DNA of 64,000 nucleotides from Eledone cirrhosa (Eukaryota): NCBI GenBank assembly GCA_964016885.1, contig OZ024743.1, positions 203,918,001 to 203,982,000 of the forward strand, read 5' to 3'. Shown piece by piece: positions 53,348 to 64,000 of this stretch (position 1 is its first letter; each line of letters starts with the position of its first letter). The notes under the pieces were generated by a model. It saw only the letters and a program-made list of their open reading frames with translations, ran no database searches and was not told where the DNA came from. The position numbers and the translations under genes were made by a program.

Positions 53348-56074
53348 CATCATCATCATCATCATCGTTTAACGTCCATGTTCCACGCTTGCATGGGTTT
53401 GGACGGGGGTTTTCCCACTTGAGGCAAGAGTAGTTGTCTTGCTCGCATAGGACTGTCTGGCGGGTTTTCTACAGCTGGATGCCCTTCCTAACACCACATT
53501 TACAGTGTGGGGCTGGGAGGTTTTTACCGTGTTGCCTACACGGCCACATTACAGCGTGGACTGTCTGGCGGGTTTTCACGTATTACACATCCAGCGGAGC
53601 ATGCAAGCTTCGTTCCTCTCTAGTCTGTGTATATCCTCTGCACACAATGCCCAGGTCTCACTGCCATGCAACATTGCTGTTCGTATGCAGGCATCATACA
53701 ACCTGCCTTTCATTTTTAGGGAGAACCCTTTAGCGGCTAATAGTGGTATAAGCTCTCTGAAGTTTTATCATCCGGTTCTGACTCTAGCTACTGTACTTTC
53801 AGAGCACCCTCCCCCACTGCTGATTTTGTCACCCAGGTAACGGAAGCTGTCCACTATTTCTATAGAACCCTCTGCGCAATTGAACGAGCTAGTATTTTCT
53901 GGGCACTTGCTGCTACTTATTGCACCAGAGCACTGGCCACATGTAAAATCTGTGTTCTTAGTTAGCTTACCTGTGATCCCACTACATCTTTTATGCACCC
54001 ATACTTTGCATTTGGGACATAAAATGGAGTTTCTACCTACGCCTTTCCTACACACTGAGCATGGCCATTTCCCGGAAGGGACAGGCGCCTTATTTTCTTT
54101 CCTACAAACTAGAACTTTAGTCTTAGCCAGGTTAATTTTAAGGCCTTTTGATTCTAGGCCGTGCTTCCATGTTTGGAATTTCTTCTCTAGCTCGGCCATT
54201 GATTCAGCTATGAGCGTTAGATCATCTGCGTATAGGAGTTCCCATGGGCAGCCGGTCTTGAACTGCTCTGTTATAGCCTGAAGGGCAATAATAAATAGTA
54301 GGGGGCTAAGAACAGAGCCCTGATGGACACCAACTTTTACGCTAAACTCTTCACTATATTCGTTGTTAATTCTAACCTTGCTGACTGTTTCTTTATACAT
54401 GGCTTGTATAGCTCTCACAAGCCATTCGTCAACACCTAGTTTTCTAAGAGCCCACCAGATAATGGAACGGGGGACTCTGTCGAAGGCTTTCTCCAAGTCG
54501 ACAAAAGCTAAGTATAGGGGTTTACTTTTAGCTAGGTACTTCTCCTGTAGTTGTCGTACAATGAAAAGAGCGTCTGTGGTACTTTTGTCTGACACAAACC
54601 CGAACTGCATTTCATCTAGATCAATTCTCTCTCTGATTAGTTGCGCTATTACTTTTTCCGTGACCTTCATGACCTGGTCGATTAATTTAATGCCTCTATA
54701 GTTACTCCTATCTAGGGCGTCTCCTTTACCCTTGTAACAGTTAACGATGATGCTGCTACGCCAGTCCTTCGGAACAACCCCATTCTGTATGACTTGGTTT
54801 ACTATCCGGGTGACCATGGTGTGTCCCACCGTACCGGAGGCTTTCAGCATCTCAGCAACTATTTCCGAAGGCCCAGCCGCCTTACCCGTCTTCATATCTT
54901 TGATTGCCTTACTTATTATACTACCTTCGACTAACACTGCTGGTCCCTCTATTGGGTCGATGTGGGGGAGACTGTCTTTCTCCCATTTATTCTCCTCATT
55001 TAGTAGCCTTTCGTAGTGACACTTCCAAGCTACCTTCTTATCAGCGTCAGTGATGGCTAGTACGCCATCATCGTTAAGTACACACTTCTTCCCGACAATA
55101 TCACGGTTTTCCTTGACACATTGCCTAGCAATCCTGAACACCTCACGTTTTTGGTCCTCACGTTGTAGAACATGCTTGAACTTTCTTTCCTCTGCTTCCC
55201 TTCTTGCGAAGTACACTTGACTCCTAGCTTCCATCTACTCTACTTCCCCCATCCCGCCATACTTTCCAAGCCTGCTTTTTGGCCTTAATTGACCCCTCCA
55301 CCTTACTGTTCCACCACCATGTTACTCTCCTCCTGCCTACAGGCCTGCTCCAGCCACAGACTTCGTCTGTCGCCATCAGCAGGTTTGCTTTCAGGAATTC
55401 CCACTGTTCCTCTACCTTGTACGACTCTAATTGCTCTTCCTTACTGTCGAAAGCATCAAGTAATATGCTTTGAAATTTATTTCTGGCTGTGGGATCCTTT
55501 AGCTTCCATATTTTTCTCCTGAGGATAGTCCTCTTCTGCTGTCTAGTACGTCTCGTCCTGACTATTAGGTCGCTAATTATCAGTCTATGTTGGGAGGTGC
55601 ATTCTTCATGGGGGAGGGATTTAGTGTTTACAACAGACACTCTGTCACGTCTTCTGGTAAGGATATAATCTACCTGGCTGGTATGTTCTCCTGATCTGTA
55701 GGTGATCAAGTGATTGTCTCGTTTTTTTAAGTTAGTGTTACAGATAGTTAGGTTGTTTGCATCACAGAATTCCAGGATTCTGGAGCCTTCCTCGTTTCTA
55801 GTACCAAACCCATAGCCTCCGTGGATTCCGTCATAGCCGTCACAATGTTGTCCAACGTGACCATTTAGGTCGCCAGCAATAATTATATAGTCACTGTCGG
55901 TTATTTGGGAGGTAGTGAGCATCAGTGTCTCATAGAATCTGTCTTTTATAGCGCCAGGCAGTCCGGATTGGGGCGCGTATGCAGATATTACTGTCACAGT
56001 AGTTCTGTTTAGAACAAGTCTTATTTTAATTATTCTGTCATTCACTCCATTTACATCTATTATCTTATCCACCC

Positions 56075-56075
<1 letters not shown>
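53348..56075 (-). mobile_element. RTE-clade LINE (APE + RT + PHD-type finger), 5'-truncated, (GAT)n tail
   Basis: ORF 55224..56072 is the APE (SAYAPQ, GDLNGHVG, QVDYIL, SQHRL). ORF 53768..55234 is the RT (VDLEKAFDRV, GVHQGSVLS, YADD) plus CSVC..CPKC..HKRC..CGQC. Related 3' ends at 57036-57580(-) and 60955-61600(-). Confidence 0.93.
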
Positions 56076-56104
<29 letters not shown>

Positions 56105-56110
<6 letters not shown>

Positions 56111-56906
56111 TAAGTTAAACAATTTTTCACTTCTTATTGTGTTTTTGTTTTGATATGCACTCTTTTTCCTGCTACTAATTTTGTCTTTTAAGTTGTGAAT
56201 TAGACTGGTTATCTACGCACGTGGCTGACACATTTCAGCTCGCTACTATATTGGTATATAATGGATGATCGCATTTAATGTCCGTTAAAGGTTCTTGGCA
56301 CTACCATTGTTACCATCGCTTTCCTCTAGCCATGGGGTTTGGAGACATGAACCGAATGCTACCATTCTATTTTATATCAATGTGAACTGCTATTTCTAAT
56401 AGCCATCTTTTCACCCCTTGATAATTTGTGTGTGAGACACGTTGGCTGAGGGCTTCTGATAGGAACTAATAGATTGATTCTTTTTAGCTTCCCGTCCCCA
56501 CGTAAAATTTGTAAATCAGTGGCTAGTTGAGAGATAGAGTCCTATCGGTTGCCAGTTAATCGCTTTACCATGTCGGTTGTCACAAACAGTCATGACCGGC
56601 ACGGGCCGGTGTTTGGATTATGTCGATTGATTGGTTATTGATTAGGCGATACCCGCTGATGAAGCCGCATAAGCCAATTGTGCATTGTTGCATAATATAT
56701 GCAGACAGATAGTGCAGTGCACCTTACTGCTGCATTAGTGCGGCAGAAACTCGAGTCCGGGAACCTTATAGGCACCCATTTTACGTGTGTTGTGTTGAGG
56801 CAAATAACTATGTGTATACTCCGGTAATGTATCTTACATTGACCATTGAGTGTGCTGAGATAAAACCAGTACTGGCATTGATAAATATGCTGGGTCCGTC
56901 AACCCT

Positions 56907-56910
<4 letters not shown>
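56105..56910 (+). mobile_element. Non-coding ~800-bp element between (TA)n tracts carrying a hammerhead (solo pLTR or retrozyme-like)
   Basis: Sharp (TA)n boundaries on both sides, no credible ORF, hammerhead at 56652-56761. Confidence 0.65.
56652..56761 (+). ncRNA. Type I hammerhead ribozyme with ~83-nt stem II
   Basis: cccg CTGATGA agccgcat...gtgcggca GAAA ctcgag TC cggg. Confidence 0.85.
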
Positions 56911-56953
<43 letters not shown>

Positions 56954-58212
56954 AGTGTGTGTGTGTGTATATATATGTGTGTGTCTATGACCAGTGTATA
57001 TAGATCAGTGTATATACACACACACACATACATTATCATCATCATCATCATCATCATCATTTAACATCCTTCTTCCACGCTATGGGTTGGACGGTTTTGT
57101 CCCACTTGAGGCGAGATTGGTCAGGAGACCGTGTCTCGCTGGTACAGAACTGTCGCTGGCAGGTTTTCTATGGCTGGATGCCCTTCCTAACCACCAACCA
57201 CATTTACAGTATGGACTGGCATCCTTTTTACCGTGTCTCCTACATGACCACTTTACAGTGTGGACTGGGTGCTTCTTGTTGTGTCACCTACACGACCGCT
57301 TTACAGTGGATGGAAATAGGAGGATGGAGTAGGGGATGTGGCCTGGGGTGTATATTGGGTTAAGAGGTGCCTACTGACTGTAGGTTTAAGTTTGTATGCA
57401 AGGGAAGGGGTGTTTTCTGTATAACTGCATAGCGCCAAAGATCTCGATCCAGTGATATTGTCTTAGAGAGGTGTAAGTGAGCAAGGTTAGTTTTTATCAA
57501 CTCGTCCCAAGTTTTTCTTGGTCTAAGCACTCCGTAAATTCCATCCATTTTGATCGCCCTGCACATTTTTATACAACTGTTGTCCTACACCAGGAGAAAG
57601 ATAGGAACAGCTGTAAAAATGCATCATGATCAACATATATAGAAAGTAGAAAGAGCCACATCTGTTGAAGCATAACAATATCTGTAGAAACATACAAACA
57701 CCTGTAGAAAGATAGCAGCATATATAAAAAGTTGTACTTATATTTAACTATAAAGTATCATAGAAAACATTGATTTTTTCACACTAGTAGAGAAGTGATT
57801 AGATAGAGCTCAATATTTTACTGGTAAATATATTTTATTGACTCAGGAGGGCTAAAAGCCAAATATACACCTATTATGATTTGCAGCACAGAAATATAAA
57901 AAGTCATGCCTCAATTAAACACTGTATCTAAGATGGGAAATATTGATTCGTTCTGACTAGAGAAAGAGTATAATCAACTAATTTTACTCTGGGATATTAC
58001 AGGTGAAGGCACATTTAAGCAAGATACTTTATTTCATGCTGCTCCTTCTGCCTGGATTTGTGACCAGTAAATAGTATTAGCAATTGGAAAGACCAATGGA
58101 AACATTGTTTTCTCAGTCCGATTTGACAAGGTTTGCGATCTTGTTGATCGACTGTCGATATTACAGGTATTTATTCTAGTAATACTCAGGGGTGGATGGG
58201 TGTGGAGGCAAT

Positions 58213-58420
58213 TACTGTATATACTCGAATATAAGCCAATTCAAATATAAGCTGACCCCTTATTTTATGTCTGAGAAATAGGTGAAAATCCAAACCCTGC
58301 TTATAAACTGAGGCAGCTAATCAACACATTGTTTAGATGGCGTATATAAGCCAACCTCCCATTTTACCACAGAATTTTTTGGATACATATTCCTCAATTT
58401 ATATTTGAGTATATATGGTA
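58213..58420. mobile_element. pogo/Tigger-type MITE
   Basis: TIRs ta-ctgtatatactcgaatataag / tttatatttgagtatatatgg-ta with TA flanks. Confidence 0.7.
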
Positions 58421-59616
58421 AATATGAGCTCAGAATGAAGAAACATGTAAGTAAATATTTTAATTATAAGTTTTGGAGAAATGATATATATACTAATTCA
58501 AGATGGACTACAAACAATACAAACATGAAGAACAGTAATGAGATATACCAACAAAGCAATGGCGGTATCAGGAAATCAATGAGATGAACTAATGATAAAC
58601 TAATCAACTGTTTAACAGAACAGAAACGTCTGGTGGAGAACTTGTAAATTAAATAAGGAAACTAGCAACAGAATTATACCAGAGTAGACAAAAAGACATT
58701 ACTGAGAGTGAGAAAAAATTGTCAGAGCACTATAATAAATTTAATGATATAAGGATATGATATATTGAAATAATGATAACATACAATGATATAACAACAA
58801 CAACAATAATAATAATGGTTTCTCATTTAGGCACAAGGCCAATGTGTATACATACGCATTTTTATATATACATACACACACGTATATATATGGGCCTTCC
58901 AGTTTCATTTCACATTATATACATGTCTGTGTACATTTTAATTATTCAAAAATTAATTTTAAGTGAACATGATTTTTTTTAATAGAACGTGGTCCAACGG
59001 GTGACAGCTGGTCTAGTTATTATTATTATTATTTATTTACCAAGGGCGGTGGATTGGCAGTATCGGTAGAGGGTCGGACGCCATGCTTTACAGCATAGTT
59101 ACGTCCCTTTACAATCTGAGTTCAAATCCCGCCGAGGTTGACTTTGCCTTTCATCCTTACGGGGTCGATAAAATAAAGTACCAGTAATGCACTGGGTAAT
59201 TGCTGGCCTTGTGCCTAAAGTAGAAACAATTATTTATTTACCAAAACAATCTGGCTTATTTATAGAAGCTCCACTGAAGATTTCTCTCCCCTATCTCACA
59301 TCCATAATGAATCTAGGCCACGTAGAGACTGGTGGAGTCTATGTACATTTCCTCTATTCATACCAGTAAGTTCAGTTAACTACGAAATAGCAAAGCACAC
59401 AGTTATTCAGCATGTTCTACAATGTTAAGACTACTCACAACAGTGATAATTTGCCGCCATACCATACTTACATACAGATAGCTTCAATGTACATTTGAAA
59501 GTGAAGTGTTTGGTCAGCGATTGTTTGAAAAAAACGTCTGTCACACTATCTATGGTAGATATGTGCTGATTAAAACAACAATAACAAGAGCATAAACAAG
59601 AAAAGTAAGGTCTTAC

Positions 59617-59759
59617 CATCCCTATTTTTACACAATTTCTCTGTGGCAACCATTAAATTGAGATTGATTCCGTATAATTCCATTAATTCCTTAATTTCAT
59701 TGCACGCAGTAAAATCTTTTATGCAAGTAGTCAATGTTTTCTTTTGAATTCCATCCATA
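59617..59759 (-). CDS. Host gene 2, exon B (143 bp, phase 2 to 1)
   Basis: ctgtttctag|T...GATG|gtaaga. Reads (H)MDGIQKKTLTTCIKDFTACNEIKELMELYGINLNLMVATEKLCKNRD. Confidence 0.87.
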
Positions 59760-60399
59760 CTAGAAACAGAGTTAAAGTTAGACTGAAATGCATGTGACTT
59801 GATTTGATTTCTAGTTTCATGTATGCATGATCTGTGTTAGCATTAAGAAAAACACCAGAGAGACAAATGATCAACCAAATTATACAATTTGTAATATTTG
59901 CCGTGAGAAAAAGTACAGGTAGAAAATATAATGCTTCAAGTATTCCCCACTGCAGACAACGTATTTCGAAACATCATTTAGATGTCATTAATTTAAGGTG
60001 GATTGGCAGTATCGGTAGAGGGTCGGACGCCATGCTTTCCAACATAGTTACGTCCCTTTACGATCTGAGTTCAAATCCCGCCGAGGTTGACTTTCATCCT
60101 TACGGGGTCGATAAAATAAAGTACCAGTAATGCACTGGGTAATTTCTGGCCTTGTGCTTAAAGTAGAAACAATTAATTTAAGTACTAGCAGTGAATTGGC
60201 AGTATCGGTAGAGGGTCAGACGCCATGCTTTCCAGCATAGTTACGTCCCTTTACGGTCTGAGTTCAAATCCCGTCGAGGTTAACTTTGCCTTTCATCCTT
60301 ACCAGGTCGATAAAATAAAGTACCAGTAATGAACTGGGTAATTGCTGGCCTTGTGCCAAAAGTAGAAACAATTAATTTAAGTACTACCAACACATTGAA

Positions 60400-60710
60400 G
60401 TCAATTTAATCTACTAAACGTGTTTTCTACCAAACTCACCAGCATTAACTTCCTAGACATTAATTTAGATCTAAGTACATGCACAAACAGACTATTCGAT
60501 AAACCCAGTGAAAATCTTAAGTTCATTCATAAGGACTCTAGTCACCCTGTCCCCATTACATCAGCAAGAGGATATCCAACCTCTCTTCTAGCAAAGCCAT
60601 TTTTAATAGGGCAGCCCTAAGCAACAGCGGCTTCTCTGAGAGAATCACTTACTCTCCAGATCACCACCTTATATCTAGCAAGAAAAAAACCTAGACATAA
60701 AGACATCATG

Positions 60711-60761
<51 letters not shown>

Positions 60762-60853
60762 GATGGGTTTATGTCTAGGTTTTTTCTTGCTAGATATAAG
60801 GCGGTGATCTGGAGAGTAAGTGATTCTCTCAGAGAAGCCGCTGTTGCTTAGGG
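60400..60853 (+). mobile_element. Penelope (Naiad) fragment ending in a 95-bp inverted duplication around (TA)n
   Basis: SINFLDINLDLSTCT..KPSENLKFIHKDSSHP. Arms 60615-60709 and 60760-60853. Confidence 0.75.
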
Positions 60854-61623
60854 TTGAAATTTTGTCATTGAATAAATCCGCTACTGTGTGGAAATTTAGG
60901 AGTGGCTCTTCCTGCTGTTGTTTTTCTATATAATAAATGTATATATTATGTATATACATCATCATCATCACTATTTAACGTCCATTATCCACGCTAGCAT
61001 GAGTTAGGTGGGTTTTTCCATTAGAGGCAAGTCAGGTCAGGTGACTGTCTTACTCATATAGACCTCTTTCTGGATAGATTTCTATGGTTGGATGTCCTTC
61101 CTAACGCCAACCAGATTTACAGTATGTGCTGGATGCTTTGTTGGGACATGGGAGGTGTATGGAAGGAGGTATAGTGGTTAAGATTGTATGTATTACTGCA
61201 TAATGCCAACATTTTGATCCTGTATCATTGTCTTTGATGTCAGCTTTTATCACCTCATACCAGGTCTTCCTGGGGCTTCCTACTTCATAGCTTCTATCAA
61301 CTTTGATTAACCTGCACATTCTTTTACAGATGTCACCCTTCATATGCATCACATCACCATACCAACACAATCTATTTTCTAGCATATTGCATGTGATCCC
61401 TCTTAAGCCTAATTTCTCTCTCAGTTCATTTACGTTTTCCCGTTCGTGTTTATTACTATCACATATCCATCAAAGCATGCAAGCATCATGTTAGGGATTG
61501 ACTAAAATGCAACTTCCATGGTCCACCAACAAACAGATTTTAGCTTTGTTGCCATGAACACACCTCTGCTACTCAAACACATTGAACAGCTTTCATTAAT
61601 AAGTGGAGATAAGCTATATATAT

Positions 61624-62188
61624 AACTAGCATTAAAGCCCGGCATTGCTCGGGGTCAGTAAGTTACCAAAGATAGGCTCCACCACCCATTTTATGGCAGC
61701 ACTTTTTTGTCTGCCAGGCACTGGGTGAATGAATTGCAGACCTGGACTGCCGAAGCAGGAACTGCGCCGGCAGTGACAATTGTAGTTTCGCCTATGGATA
61801 TTATCTCTGTGCAAAGAAGTGTAGAAATTTATTGTTTCACAGTACTTGCGTAACACGCGCGTAGACGATGCCAGCCGAACAACAGAGCTGCGATGGAGTT
61901 GTTCTGCATGGTTGTCTCATGTGTGTTTTCTAAATTTAAGACAATAGGGAGGGGTGTAATATGGGGGAGAATTAGCTGCTGTTTCTAGCAGGTTTAGTGA
62001 CCTCATAGAGGATATTATTGTGTATAGTAAATAAACTGATACTTTTTTCTTCCATGTTCGTTGAGAGATGCTTTAAAAAAGATTTATCGCTATTTTTTTT
62101 TGTTGTTGAATAAATGTATCTGTTGCTTTTGAATAATTGTTGTCATTGAAGTAAATAAATGTTTCACCGTTCTACACTCAAAGACAAA

Positions 62189-62248
<60 letters not shown>

Positions 62249-62606
62249 ACTCACTCTCTCTCTCTCCTTCATTTCTTTCTCTCTTCCTTCTTCGGCGTTC
62301 CTAAAGGAAGTTTGAAGTTTAAGTGTATAAGAGAAAGTTGCATGTATGTAGTTTTATCGAATTTTAAGGAAAGTAGAGAGAGGGAATCAGATTGTATTAG
62401 AGAGCTAAAGCGTCATGTATTTAGCTTTAGCGATTATTTCCGTAATTGTGGGTGGGTTTGAACGAAATAAATAGTCCTTGACCTAAGTTAGACCATTTAC
62501 AACAGTCTTACAGACGTTGAGTTGAATCGGTTTGAAATTGTGCAAATCTATAAACATGGAACATGCACACACACAAAACAACAATTGCCTTTTATAGATA
62601 ATGATA
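61624..62606 (+). mobile_element. Probable non-autonomous Helitron/Helentron (DINE-like) element containing (CT)n
   Basis: Starts actagc..cccggcattgctcggg and ends aatcggttt..cacacacac..cttttatagataatgat, typical DINE/HINE-like termini. Confidence 0.5.
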
Positions 62607-62685
62607 CATATATGTATTGAGTTTTAACATAAGACTTCAAAATTTATAACGTACTGACAAGTGATTAAGTGATTATTCAAATTAC

Positions 62686-62821
62686 TGGCATAAAATATTG
62701 TGTTCCTCTTTTGTCGAGTCTGCCTTCTTTGGCTGAATTAAACCATCTGTACAACTTTGAAATTCCTCTGATGCTTTCATTGCACAACCATTGGTCAATG
62801 GAAACCACCAGGAAATAGTAA
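62686..62821 (-). CDS. Host gene 2, exon A (136 bp, phase 1 to 2)
   Basis: ttttatttcag|TT...TGCCA|gtaatt. Reads xTISWWFPLTNG-CAMKASEEFQSCTDGLIQPKKADSTKEEHNILC. The first exon probably lies outside the window. Confidence 0.85.
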
Positions 62822-63092
62822 CTGAAATAAAAGATGGATAAATGATTAAGTATGTATTAATTTTCATATACATGTATATGAGTGTTTGTGTATGCGTGTA
62901 TTTGTCCATGTGCATATATTTGTGTGTGTAAATGGTTCTGGGGTCTAATTACATTTTGTGCATTTTTCTACAAGTGTCTTCTACTGTATCTTTTGGTTGA
63001 CCAATAACTTGTGAGTATAATTATGTAAACAGAGCAGTATGGAATTCAGCCATATGTATGTTTATATATATATGTGTGTATGTGTATGTGTG

Positions 63093-63123
<31 letters not shown>

Positions 63124-63343
63124 ATAAAGGAACGATCGACTTTCGTCAAATCGGACCGAGGGAACAATGTTTTCGTTGGTCTTTCCAATTGCTAATACTA
63201 TCTATCGGTCGCAACTCCAGGTAGTAGGAGCAATGTGAAATAAAGCGTCTTGCTCAAGGACATAACGCATCGCCTGGTACAGGAATCGAACTCACAACCT
63301 TACGATTGCGAATCCAATTCTCTAACCACTCAGCCACAAGTGT

Positions 63344-64000
<657 letters not shown>

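Noticed and set aside
59472-59566. Possible extra exon just after gene 2 exon B
   Set aside because: The intron would be about 50 nt and the in-phase reading stops after 6 codons.

Overview
Repeat-rich, AT-rich animal genomic DNA. It is probably a cephalopod such as Octopus, inferred from the Nin-domain SINE family, the huge (TA)n/(TG)n tracts and the LINE spectrum. It is not prokaryotic. Main contents: (1) 1-17 kb is a nest of non-LTR retrotransposons joined at (TAA)n tracts: three Tx1/L1-clade copies on the minus strand and two R4/Dong-like RLE elements on the plus strand. (2) Two tandem, minus-strand, intron-containing paralogous host genes that the ORF track does not assemble. I reconstructed them by hand from splice sites, four exons each with identical phases. 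They encode roughly 20%-identical 10-Cys extracellular proteins. Gene 1 has a Ser/Thr stalk and a GPI-type tail. Gene 2 has an AA splice acceptor and a frameshift that removes the tail. (3) Several Penelope-like (Naiad-type) elements and (TA)n-flanked non-coding elements carry hammerhead ribozymes, some with very long stem II. The intact cores are all antisense to the host genes. (4) RTE, CRE, hAT, pogo-MITE, LTR fragments, SINEs and many fold-back structures. All calls come from reading the sequence; no searches or folding programs were run.
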